From Methanobacteriota archaeon (GTDB lineage: Bacteria > Myxococcota > UBA727 > JABDBI01), in NCBI GenBank assembly GCA_013288705.1, contig JABDBI010000001.1, forward strand, positions 9,089-73,088: a stretch of DNA of 64,000 nucleotides, in the 5' to 3' direction. The position numbers and the translations under genes were made by a program. The notes under the pieces were generated by a model. The model was not told the origin of the DNA. It saw only the letters and a program-made list of their open reading frames with translations, and searched no databases. Below, piece by piece: positions 28,563 through 37,754 of this stretch (the stretch's first letter is position 1; every line of letters begins with the position of its first letter).

Positions 28563-29637
28563 AAACATTTATCCGAAGCTGGCACTCCTTGGCGTGCCAG
28601 CTTCCCCCATGTCAGGCCTGCTTGACGATCCCAAATACACATCGTTTCTCGCTCGCACACACCCGAACCTCGATATCTGCTCTGATCGTTTTGTAGCTCC
28701 CACCTACGTTGCCTCTTTCGACATTTCCGAAGTGCTCATTTCCAATTTTTTCAAAACAGTCATTGCAATAGCCGGCCATATTGCACCTAGAATTCCTAAA
28801 CCCAGAGCACTGTTTGTAGGAACTCCATTTGAGCGTTATGAACAGACAAAATTGCTCGACCAGATCAAGGACCCAGGCGAGGCAGCGCATGCTCTTCGCC
28901 ATGCAGCAACGCAGCAAAGTCTAGATCTTGTGGTTTGCACCAATGTCTCAGTCTCGCACCCAGGAATACAGACATGGATCGACGCTGGCTTCCTTGCATT
29001 GCCAAGTTTTCCAGACATGGTTGTCGATGTCAAAGCGACGTCCTTCGAGGGCCATCTCGCCAACCTCGCTCCGCGAGCCCGCGAGTCGATTCGCAGAAAT
29101 TTAAGGCTCTTTGATCGCGCCGGATTTCGTCTGCAAAGGCTCGACGAAACGGCTTTGTCTGCTGCAACTCTGCATACTGCTTACCGTCAGTTTTATGATC
29201 GGGCTATCGTACGTTGGCACCCTTATTCTGAAAGCTACTTTGCTGAAATCGCTGGCCTAGATGAGCGCGCTCATGTGACTGCAGCCGTCACGAGCAGCGA
29301 AGAGATCGTCGGGTTTATTATCAATTTCGCCGACAACAATTGTTGGCAGGCAGGGCGAATCGGAGTGGTACCGAGTCACTTCAGAAAGAGTGCCATCTAC
29401 TTTCGGCTTCTCTATCACAGCATTGAAGAAGCAATCCTTCACGGTGCAAAAACACTCTCCCTCGAACCGACTGGCTACCTCACCAAACGTCGGCTGGGCG
29501 CACACATGAATCCTCTCGTGAATCTGGTTCTCGGTGTGAGTCCCTTGTGGAAAATGTTGTTTAAAACCTCTGGTTTTCTTGCCAGACGCGCGCTCGCGCA
29601 TTTGGAGGACAGGCAACTGCTTGAAGCTCATTACTAG
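28543..29637 (+). CDS. GNAT family (FemAB-like/Acetyltransf_6) protein
   Basis: SFEGHLANL…RESIRR, YF…, YFRLLYHSIEEA, TGYLTKRRLGA. Confidence 0.75.
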   Translation: MLVSDTRNIYPKLALLGVPASPMSGLLDDPKYTSFLARTHPNLDICSDRFVAPTYVASFDISEVLISNFFKTVIAIAGHIAPRIPKPRALFVGTPFERYEQTKLLDQIKDPGEAAHALRHAATQQSLDLVVCTNVSVSHPGIQTWIDAGFLALPSFPDMVVDVKATSFEGHLANLAPRARESIRRNLRLFDRAGFRLQRLDETALSAATLHTAYRQFYDRAIVRWHPYSESYFAEIAGLDERAHVTAAVTSSEEIVGFIINFADNNCWQAGRIGVVPSHFRKSAIYFRLLYHSIEEAILHGAKTLSLEPTGYLTKRRLGAHMNPLVNLVLGVSPLWKMLFKTSGFLARRALAHLEDRQLLEAHY

Positions 29638-29671
29638 AACTTTGACAGGCATTGACGGTTAAAGCGCGTTT

Positions 29672-31123
29672 ATGCAACTTACATCGTTCGCTAAGCAGGC
29701 AAAAATAGCAAAAGGAATTCGTGTGCAAGTTCTCCATCGGCAAGTCATACTTATCTTGCGTGTATGCCTCTCCATTGGCTGCTTCTTGCTTGGCTGCGCA
29801 ACGCACGATCAACGCGATCCACCGCCCGTTGACACGCCCTATTATCCGGGTGCAATCAATCAGCTCAATAATCAACTGATTGTCGTCTCGCGTAACGGCA
29901 ACGATCGGTTCTCAAACGGTAACGTTCTTTTCGTCGACCTCAACCAGGTTGATCGTAGCCTGCAAAAGTTCCCCGCAACGACTGATGTCATGTTGCGGCA
30001 AGTCATAGGCCCTGGCCTCGTCACAGGCTCGGTGCTGAGCCCAACATTAGGCATTGCACCTGCGCTCTCTTCTGACCAGGCACTCTTCGTGCTCGGGGGA
30101 GAAAAAAATCAGCTCGTTAAAATTCCTCTGGCAAACGGGAATCCGAACTGCGCCCCAAACCCAATAGGCAATCCCCTACTTGGACAGCAGTGTCTTGCTC
30201 CGAATTCGGTTCTACAACTCAATGCAACTAATCCTTTTTTCCTTATACTGACCTCGGGCGTGTCCAACTTGAGCAACCAAGACAGCGGACTCATCGCCTT
30301 CAAATTCAGCCCTGAATACCGCGCACGGCAGCCGGGCAAAGAAGACGCCTATGCTGGTGAGCTGCAAACTTTTATTTGGCCTAAATCCCAAACTGCCCCT
30401 CCACAGGTGGTAAACACATACTCACTTGCCAGACTTGTTCGAAACACTGACCAAAACAGTATCGTCGACAAAGTTCTAGTGAGCGACCTCAAGATTTCTA
30501 ACAACTACGTCTTTGCTGCTTTTCAAACCGCGAAGGCAATAGATCCAGCGATATCAACCGCCGATCCCTATGCCTTTATTGTGTGGTTTCCGTTATCGGA
30601 ACTGCAAAATCCAAGCGGAATCGATTCTACAAAAGTGAGATTTCTCAATCTCACATTAACCTACGGCGCAAAATTTGTCGCTGGCCTTGACGTGGTGAAT
30701 GCTGGCAACGGCCTGATCAAGCTGATAGCCATTACCCAAGCGCCCAATGGCATTTTGCAGGTGCACATTCCTTCGCTCGGCGGCAACGGGCAAGCCTTTG
30801 TCTACCAAAGTCAAAGCACATGTGCAGACCCCGTCGACGTTCGACTCCTACCTGGTAGCTCGCGTATCTTTGTCGCTTGCTTCGACGGCAGAGGAAAGAT
30901 AGCCGAGTATGCGCTCGATACTTTGATGCAGACAAGAGAACACACTGGCTTTGGTCGAGGCCCTTTCCAAATGTGGTTTGATACGCGGCCTGGCACATCT
31001 AGACTCTATGTGAGCTATTACCTCGAAGGAACGGTCGGCGTATTTGATGTCTCGCCAAGATTGTCTCCGCTCGGGCGCATTTTCCAAACTTCTGCGCCGA
31101 ATCAGGAAGGTGGCCAAGGATGA
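29672..31123 (+). CDS. Lipoprotein, probable beta-propeller
   Basis: Lipobox LLGC; LIVVS-N-N-RF-GNV, RIFVACF, RLYVSYY repeats. True start may be a later GTG. Confidence 0.65.
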   Translation: MQLTSFAKQAKIAKGIRVQVLHRQVILILRVCLSIGCFLLGCATHDQRDPPPVDTPYYPGAINQLNNQLIVVSRNGNDRFSNGNVLFVDLNQVDRSLQKFPATTDVMLRQVIGPGLVTGSVLSPTLGIAPALSSDQALFVLGGEKNQLVKIPLANGNPNCAPNPIGNPLLGQQCLAPNSVLQLNATNPFFLILTSGVSNLSNQDSGLIAFKFSPEYRARQPGKEDAYAGELQTFIWPKSQTAPPQVVNTYSLARLVRNTDQNSIVDKVLVSDLKISNNYVFAAFQTAKAIDPAISTADPYAFIVWFPLSELQNPSGIDSTKVRFLNLTLTYGAKFVAGLDVVNAGNGLIKLIAITQAPNGILQVHIPSLGGNGQAFVYQSQSTCADPVDVRLLPGSSRIFVACFDGRGKIAEYALDTLMQTREHTGFGRGPFQMWFDTRPGTSRLYVSYYLEGTVGVFDVSPRLSPLGRIFQTSAPNQEGGQG

Positions 31124-32370
31124 TAATGCTGCGTCAAATCGTGTTCTGTTGCAGCACCGCCGCATTGCTCGGATCGAGCTGTGGGCAGAACCAAACTCTT
31201 TCTGGCTCGATCAATCAAATCAAGGATGCGGTCCTGGTGGACTGTCATACATACCCCATACCAAATCGTCCGCTAACGGAGAGCGACAAGCACACCTGTT
31301 TGGTGTATGCCGATTCTACCGCACAGCAGCTCGGCGTATTTGATGTGTCGATAGCACAATTTGTGCTGAACTCGAGCGGCTATAGTGGTCTTGCGGGTCA
31401 AGTGGGTGAACAAACATCCCGACTTGCAGCCAAATCCAGCGTAAGTCCTTTTGTCTATGCACTTGATGTAGCTGAAAATAAAATTTTTGCGACCCGTACG
31501 CTCATTGATATCAACATCAATCAAACCTCTTTTGGTACGCCAACCGCCATTGATCTGGCGGCAGGCCAGATCCCCCTGGACATTGCGGTCATGGGCAACT
31601 CGCCTTTTGTGGCTCTCATCGCGAGCACAACCGGCCTGCAGGTAATAGAAATTGAACCCACTACCGGTCAACCTAAACAGTTAAGCACACTCAATAAGCA
31701 GTTTGCAGTGGGCCCGTTGTCTACCATTGCCGTGGATCCTGATGAGAATTTCGTTTTGCTGGCCCAGCAAGGAAGCACACAAATCCGAGTTCTCAGCACT
31801 TCCCAGATTCTGCAACCTTCTAGCACAATGTCATTGGACTCAGGCTTCACCGTCGACAACATCGAGAGTCCAATCAGAAAGATGGCCATTGGGACACTCA
31901 ATGGCCAAGCGGTTGCAGTGATCCTGCGTGATTCCTTGAATGCAGATTTGCGCAAAATCGATCTAAGCGCAAAAAGTGCGCCGCTGCTTGCGACCCTGAC
32001 TTTTAGTGCTCAGCCAAAAACTGTCTATTTCCCCAAAGACTCGCCCGCGATGGTAAACAACAGCACATCATGGCTCGCGGTCGTTACGGAAATAGGCACA
32101 CTGGAATATACATCTCTTGCCACCGTACAATTCAGTGGGCCCGTCACAACTATCGCAACGGCTACAACTGCCACCTTGTCCGCTGACAGCGACATACCAA
32201 TCTACACCACAGAAGAGGTTTTGCTATCCAGCGCAATCGCTGGGGGTCAGATCAGGCAATCAAGCAGCACCTGCGGCACCCGCCTAGTATTGCTCGCATT
32301 TGGAACGGGCATGCTCGCCAGTATCTGTGAAGGAAACATAAAGCTCACCATCTATAACAACTACAATTGA
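31120..32370 (+). CDS. Lipoprotein, probable beta-propeller
   Basis: ATGA coupling; hydrophobic signal ending GSSC; beta-rich repeats (FVYALD, IAVDPDENFVLLA). Confidence 0.6.
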   Translation: MIMLRQIVFCCSTAALLGSSCGQNQTLSGSINQIKDAVLVDCHTYPIPNRPLTESDKHTCLVYADSTAQQLGVFDVSIAQFVLNSSGYSGLAGQVGEQTSRLAAKSSVSPFVYALDVAENKIFATRTLIDININQTSFGTPTAIDLAAGQIPLDIAVMGNSPFVALIASTTGLQVIEIEPTTGQPKQLSTLNKQFAVGPLSTIAVDPDENFVLLAQQGSTQIRVLSTSQILQPSSTMSLDSGFTVDNIESPIRKMAIGTLNGQAVAVILRDSLNADLRKIDLSAKSAPLLATLTFSAQPKTVYFPKDSPAMVNNSTSWLAVVTEIGTLEYTSLATVQFSGPVTTIATATTATLSADSDIPIYTTEEVLLSSAIAGGQIRQSSSTCGTRLVLLAFGTGMLASICEGNIKLTIYNNYN

Positions 32371-32385
32371 GATGGCGAGCGTGTG

Positions 32386-32904
32386 CTAAGCAAGGCCTCT
32401 CTGACGCTTCAGCTGGGCAACTACGCGGGGATACTCAATGTCCCATTCAGGCGAGCCCTCTCGCAAGTTCTTTAAACGTGCCCGAGCATCGCGATCCAAT
32501 TCTTCTGGAACCGAAAGATACTTCATAATGATCTCTTTGATCACTTTGCGAAGATCATGATCTTCTGCAAAGATCTCAGCGATATTTTTTGAAGAAAATA
32601 GCGCTTCCAAAAGCTGAGCAAGCACGTAGTCAAGGCCTTCTTCGCCAACCTTAATTCCTCGTGCGTCGCCAATGCTTTTCTTCAACTGAGCAAAACGCTC
32701 CTGACCAAGTCCACGCCTAGCCAAAACGTCTCTGGCCTCTTTGGCAACGCGATCTTCAGCATTGAGGTATTCCACCATCACTGCGGCAAGGTCAAGCTCG
32801 GCTTCTTCCATTCGCCCGTCTTCCACTTCGATAAGCTGCTGAGAAGTGAACGTGCGAATCACATCGCGCGCAATTTTAGGGACAACCTTGCGATAAAGGT
32901 GCAT
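32386..32904 (-). CDS. DUF507 family protein
   Basis: LY…KIARD, EIFAEDHDLR, EELDRDARARLKNLREGSPEWDIEY. Confidence 0.8.
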   Translation of the reverse strand: MHLYRKVVPKIARDVIRTFTSQQLIEVEDGRMEEAELDLAAVMVEYLNAEDRVAKEARDVLARRGLGQERFAQLKKSIGDARGIKVGEEGLDYVLAQLLEALFSSKNIAEIFAEDHDLRKVIKEIIMKYLSVPEELDRDARARLKNLREGSPEWDIEYPRVVAQLKRQRGLA

Positions 32905-32949
32905 AGCAACCTCTTAAGTTCTTGAAATTTCGATACACAAACGCCGTAT

Positions 32950-32977
32950 ATGGTACTTCGTACCCACAAGATGTCAA
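32950..32977 (-). promoter_or_regulatory. Putative sigma70 promoter for the DUF507 gene
   Basis: Minus strand TTGACA-N16-TACCAT. Confidence 0.5.
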
Positions 32978-33006
32978 CGGGCGGAAGGGAAAAACAATGC
33001 AGAAAA

Positions 33007-33080
33007 TGGCTGGGGAACTAGGACTCGAACCTAGATCGACGGAATCAGAATCCGCTGTCCTGCCATTGGACGATTCCCCA
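33007..33080 (-). tRNA. tRNA-Gln(CTG)
   Basis: TGGGGAA acceptor, GCGGA-TTCTGAT-TCCGT anticodon arm, CCA. Confidence 0.96.
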
Positions 33081-33196
33081 ATACCCCTTTTTTGTGAAAT
33101 TAAGGGACGCTTTTGTCAAGTGGACTAAGCTTTGTGTTTTTCAACCGGGCATTGTACAAGCTCTGCCACAGGCGACTTTAGGAGGCAACGATTCCC

Positions 33197-33928
33197 ATGG
33201 GGCTTTTTGGATTATTTGGCTCAGGTAAAATTACCGAGAAAGACATCGCGAAACAAGTCGCCCGCATCAAGGAGCGCTACGCGCAAACAGACTATCGCAA
33301 AATGGCCATGGAAAAGCTGCTTGATTGGAACACCCCTGAAAGCATGGAAGCCGTCCTTGGCCGCTTCAGTATTGTCGCACAATCTCCACATTGGGATGAA
33401 GACGAAAAGCACTGGCTGATTGATGAACTCGTCAAGAGGCCAGACACTGCCAAGCCGGCTTTGCAAAAGTTTGTCAAAACAGGCAACGAGGTCACGCACG
33501 CTATTTTGGCCCTATCTAAATTGTGTGTGGACCGGGCAGAATTTTCGCAGATTTTGATCGATGCCCTAAAAGCAAGATCTCCCGAAGATCACAGAAGTGG
33601 GCAGAGCAAAATGGAACTGATCGCGTCCTTCATGGAACACGATATCCCCAACTTGCCCGATGTTCTGTTGCCATACTTGGATGACCATAATGACGATGTG
33701 CAGTGCATTGCCCTTGATCTTGTGGCGTCAAAGAAACTTGAGTCGCTTTATGGCAAAATTGCGCAGATCTTGTCCGACGTAAATCGCTCAGCGCGTGTGT
33801 TACGCCACAGCGCAAACTATGTATTCACCTTACGCATTCCAGTCGACATGGAGAGGCCACTTGCTCCGGAAGTCGCGGAAGACTACGGCATCAGCGATGG
33901 CAAGCTAAAGCCTCTTCATCGAGGCTAG
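33197..33928 (+). CDS. HEAT-repeat-like protein
   Basis: MGLFGLFG start, AGGAGG RBS, LLPYLDD-NDDV HEAT-like unit. Confidence 0.65.
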   Translation: MGLFGLFGSGKITEKDIAKQVARIKERYAQTDYRKMAMEKLLDWNTPESMEAVLGRFSIVAQSPHWDEDEKHWLIDELVKRPDTAKPALQKFVKTGNEVTHAILALSKLCVDRAEFSQILIDALKARSPEDHRSGQSKMELIASFMEHDIPNLPDVLLPYLDDHNDDVQCIALDLVASKKLESLYGKIAQILSDVNRSARVLRHSANYVFTLRIPVDMERPLAPEVAEDYGISDGKLKPLHRG

Positions 33929-33939
33929 CTTGCATTTTT

Positions 33940-35130
33940 ATGATTGAGAACAAACCGATCATCGTGCAAAAATATGGTGGATCTTCAGTGGCCACGACTG
34001 AGGCTATCCGCCAGGTTGCCAAACTCATTGCCGAGCGACAAAGAAGCGGATTTCGCCTCTGCATAGTGGTATCTGCCATGGGCAAAACCACCGATCAATT
34101 GCTGAGTCAGGCCAAGGAAATTTGCGCGAATCCTTCTCGTCGAGAACTTGATATGCTGCTCACTTGCGGGGAAAGGGCATCTATGGCGCTTTTAGCCATG
34201 GCACTGGAAGATGTGGGTGTCCCCTCCATGAGCTTAACAGGCAGCCAGTCAGGGATTATCACAGATGATGTGCACTCAGGCGCCAAAATTATTGAAGTTC
34301 GACCAACCCGCGTAAAAGAAGCGCTTCTACAAGGCAAAGTTGTGATCGTCGCAGGCTTTCAGGGCATCTCGACACAAAAAGAGATCACCACTCTTGGCCG
34401 CGGCGGCTCTGACACCACCGCTGTCGCTCTCGCCGCAGCCCTGCAAGCAGAGGCATGCGAAATTTATTCAGACGTGGCAGGCGTCTTTAGCGCGGATCCA
34501 CGCATTGTTCCGGATGCGCATAAGCTCGATCAAATTTCATTTGAGGAAATGGAAGAGCTTGCCTCCGCTGGCGCAAAAGTGCTCAATGCCCAAGCCGTGC
34601 AGTTTGCCAAGAAGCAAGGCATTGCTATCCACGCCATGAGGACCGGCGATGACAAAGACAAAACGATTATTAGCGATCAGAACATTGAGGCTCTTCGATC
34701 TTTGACTGCCATTGCACATAAAGAAAAGTTGCATGGCATTTTGTTGCCCGATATCAGCGCTCTTGGCACCCTGCTTGGCATTCTGCAAAAGCAAGGTATA
34801 GCACCGATGCGCATCTTCGGCCATGGCACTTCCTATATTTGCCTGATTGCGCGCGAGGACACCCATGGTCTCGATAGACTTATTCAAACACTCGCACCGA
34901 TCGGCGAATATACAGCTGCCTTCGGCTCTCTGTCTCTCGTCGGGAAGGGTTTATCAGATGCGCCGGCACTCCTAAATAAGGCACTCCATACGCTTGCCAA
35001 CCTTCAGATCAAAGTATTTGGCCTTAGTTGTTCGACCATGCGTGCGGATATTTTGCTCCGTTCTGAAACCGTGGAGTCAGCAGTAAAAGCGCTTCATCAA
35101 ACGCTCATAGTGGAACATTCCGAACCCTAG
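33940..35130 (+). CDS. lysC: Aspartate kinase
   Basis: [37 protein letters not shown]; C-terminal ACT domains. Confidence 0.95.
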   Translation: MIENKPIIVQKYGGSSVATTEAIRQVAKLIAERQRSGFRLCIVVSAMGKTTDQLLSQAKEICANPSRRELDMLLTCGERASMALLAMALEDVGVPSMSLTGSQSGIITDDVHSGAKIIEVRPTRVKEALLQGKVVIVAGFQGISTQKEITTLGRGGSDTTAVALAAALQAEACEIYSDVAGVFSADPRIVPDAHKLDQISFEEMEELASAGAKVLNAQAVQFAKKQGIAIHAMRTGDDKDKTIISDQNIEALRSLTAIAHKEKLHGILLPDISALGTLLGILQKQGIAPMRIFGHGTSYICLIAREDTHGLDRLIQTLAPIGEYTAAFGSLSLVGKGLSDAPALLNKALHTLANLQIKVFGLSCSTMRADILLRSETVESAVKALHQTLIVEHSEP

Positions 35131-35224
35131 AGCGCGTAATCTATTTCACACCGCCACACAAAAATTGGGAACTGACACTTATAAACATACTTTAAATTTA
35201 CGTGGTTACAAATTTTTAGCAAAA

Positions 35225-35240
35225 TGGTTTCATATTTGCT
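35225..35240 (+). promoter_or_regulatory. Possible sigma54 (-24/-12) promoter
   Basis: TGG-TTTCATAT-TTGCT (GG-N10-GC) at the end of an AT-rich intergenic region; lacks the CAC of the consensus. Confidence 0.3.
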
Positions 35241-35282
35241 TGTTATGCCAAGGTCGTCAGCATTTTAGAAAAGGAAACTTTC

Positions 35283-36401
35283 ATGCACGGAACTGTGGCC
35301 ATTGGCCATCGCCATTCCTACGCGAATAAAACTGCCTTTGTCCTCAATGCACACGCGAAGAGAGTCAGCGACTCTCTCGTCAGCCAGCTTGTCAATGTCA
35401 TACCAACGGGCGATTTGTTTTATTCACGCACTTTCGCTGACGCTGAAAATTATTATCGCACTGTACTTAGGCGTGGCTACGGCCAGGTGTTCAGCGGGGG
35501 CGGGGATGGAACCATCATCAATACCATCAGCCTGCTGAAACGGATCGCCAAAGAAGAGGGCATTCACCAGTTGCCCCATATTGGCGTCCTCCGACTTGGT
35601 ACTGGCAATGCTTTGGCCTCTATTGCAAGTGCTGGACGCCCATTTTCGGACGTCAACCACGTTGTGAGGGGTGGCAAATTTGACACACGGCCTCTTGATT
35701 TGATTGAATGCGATAACGGGGGTTTTACCCCTTTTGCCGGCCTCGGCTACGACAGCGAGATTCTCGACGATTATATGCAGCTTAAAAAAGCACACGAAGG
35801 TACGGTACTTGCCCCGGTTGTCAAAACCGTGCTGGGATACCTTTGGGCTGGCATCATGCGCACTGCACCACGCAATTTCAAAAAAGAAACAAATCACATT
35901 CGGATCTTTAGTAAATCGGCCGCCTACAAAATGGTTTATATCGACGGAGAAGATCGCGAAATCAAAATACCAGCAGGGACTCTCCTTTTCGAAGGTCCAG
36001 CACCCGCCGTTTGTGTAGGCAGCATTCCCTACGTTGGATATGGCCTTAAGATGTTTCCCCATGTGGGCAAAAAAGACGGATTTATGCAGCTTCGCGTTTA
36101 CGACGGGAGCATTTGGTCGATCTTGATGCGTCTTTACCCGGGGGTTTGGAACGGAACTTGTCGGCATAAAAACCTGCATGACTTCCTGGTACAAGACGTT
36201 CAGATTGCATGTGAAAAGCCTCTTCCTTACCAGATCGCTGGCGATGTCATGGGCCTTCGCTCTTCAGTTTCTTTTAAAGCTGCTCCTCGCGCCGTCAATA
36301 TGGCGGTGCTTGCACGATCGAAGCAAAAAGAGATTGGACGTGCTTCCCAGGTAGCACAAATTGGCGTTGTCGATTATAATCGAGCGTATGAATCGGCATA
36401 A
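35283..36401 (+). CDS. Diacylglycerol/lipid kinase family protein
   Basis: VLNAHA, GGGDGT, LRLGTGNA, FAGLGYD, YQIAGD. Confidence 0.85.
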   Translation: MHGTVAIGHRHSYANKTAFVLNAHAKRVSDSLVSQLVNVIPTGDLFYSRTFADAENYYRTVLRRGYGQVFSGGGDGTIINTISLLKRIAKEEGIHQLPHIGVLRLGTGNALASIASAGRPFSDVNHVVRGGKFDTRPLDLIECDNGGFTPFAGLGYDSEILDDYMQLKKAHEGTVLAPVVKTVLGYLWAGIMRTAPRNFKKETNHIRIFSKSAAYKMVYIDGEDREIKIPAGTLLFEGPAPAVCVGSIPYVGYGLKMFPHVGKKDGFMQLRVYDGSIWSILMRLYPGVWNGTCRHKNLHDFLVQDVQIACEKPLPYQIAGDVMGLRSSVSFKAAPRAVNMAVLARSKQKEIGRASQVAQIGVVDYNRAYESA

Positions 36402-36912
36402 TCAAATTTTGCGCTGGATCTTATTGGCAGGCTTTTCCCTAAGTCTTGCGTCGTGTTACGCGAAAGGCACGTTGAAGAACGGGGAGTTTGTCGGCAAAAA
36501 CGTGCAATATCACATTGGCGCACCTGGTCCAGGTTGGCAGAAAATCAGTATCAAAGGTGCTGATCTTGCTTGGCTTCAGAAAGAAACCGGCTCCATCATA
36601 CTGATTAACTCTTCATGCAAGAGTTCTGACGAAGCCCCTCTCGAAGCGTTGACCGCGCATTTGCTCATCGGCATGACCGAACAAGAGGTCATTGAACAGA
36701 AGCATATTCCCCTGTCCGATAGGGAAGCCCTAGAAAGTTTGATTACTGTGAAAGTTGATGGTGTGCCGCAAAAGATGAAAATACTGGTGCTGAAAAAAGA
36801 CTACTGCGTCTATGATATTGTGTTTTCATCACCCCCGGAGGCGTTCGACGCCTTGTTACCAGCCTATACTTCGGTGTTAGACCAATTCAGCGTGGCGGGG
36901 AAAAAATTATGA
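36388..36912 (+). CDS. Hypothetical lipoprotein
   Basis: Lipobox LASC; overlaps both neighbours in the operon. Confidence 0.7.
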   Translation: MNRHNQILRWILLAGFSLSLASCYAKGTLKNGEFVGKNVQYHIGAPGPGWQKISIKGADLAWLQKETGSIILINSSCKSSDEAPLEALTAHLLIGMTEQEVIEQKHIPLSDREALESLITVKVDGVPQKMKILVLKKDYCVYDIVFSSPPEAFDALLPAYTSVLDQFSVAGKKL

Positions 36913-37754
36913 ATAGCTCAGACAACACCGAAAGCGAATCGCCTCCAGAAAAAGGGATCATTCCGCTTGCACCTCTTGAATTTGCGGGCAGCAAAGCGCT
37001 GTACTTTTTTCAGTACCTGGGTCAACTTGCACGACTCACTTGGTATTTTTTTCATCAAGCCTTAGTTCGACCGGTGGGCTTGTCAGAAATTCGCATACAG
37101 TGTGAGCAGATCGGTCTTCTTTCTTTGCCCATCGCCGCCATTACGATGCTCTTCGTTGGCTTGGTGTTTGCCTTCCAGTTTGGCATGACGCTACGCACAA
37201 TGGGCGCCGTGATGTATATCGGCAAAGTAGCCAGTCTTTCTGTAGTTCGCGAGCTTGGCCCCGCATTTACGTCGCTGGTGGTAGGCGGCCGCGTGGGCGC
37301 TGGCATGGCGGCTGAGCTGGGCTCCATGCGCGTCACCGAACAGATTGACGCCATCCGAGCACTCGGCGCTAATCCCTACAAAAAGCTGCTGGTCCCTCGT
37401 GTCATTGCGACCTCGCTCATGATGCCCATCGTCACAATCATTGCCAGCGTCGTCGGGATCTTCGGGGCCATGATGATTAGCTGGCTCGAATTCAATGTAA
37501 ACCCTGTCGCGTTCTATAATTCCGCCGTGGCAACTGTCACACTCAATGACATGCTATCAGGTTTTTCCAAACCACTTTTCTTTGGTTTTGGCATTGCCGT
37601 CATCGGCTGTCACCAAGGCTTTGAATGTGGCAACGGCACGGTTGGCGTTGGCCAAGCAACGACACGGGCAGTGGTAAATGTCTCTCTGATGGTCGTATTC
37701 GCCGACTTTGTGTTAACGCGTTTCTTTGCCATCTTACCCGACATAGGGCCTTAA
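36909..37754 (+). CDS. mlaE: MlaE family ABC transporter permease
   Basis: RELGP, AELGSMRVTEQIDA, LLVPRV, VGQATTRAVV. Confidence 0.92.
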   Translation: MNSSDNTESESPPEKGIIPLAPLEFAGSKALYFFQYLGQLARLTWYFFHQALVRPVGLSEIRIQCEQIGLLSLPIAAITMLFVGLVFAFQFGMTLRTMGAVMYIGKVASLSVVRELGPAFTSLVVGGRVGAGMAAELGSMRVTEQIDAIRALGANPYKKLLVPRVIATSLMMPIVTIIASVVGIFGAMMISWLEFNVNPVAFYNSAVATVTLNDMLSGFSKPLFFGFGIAVIGCHQGFECGNGTVGVGQATTRAVVNVSLMVVFADFVLTRFFAILPDIGP

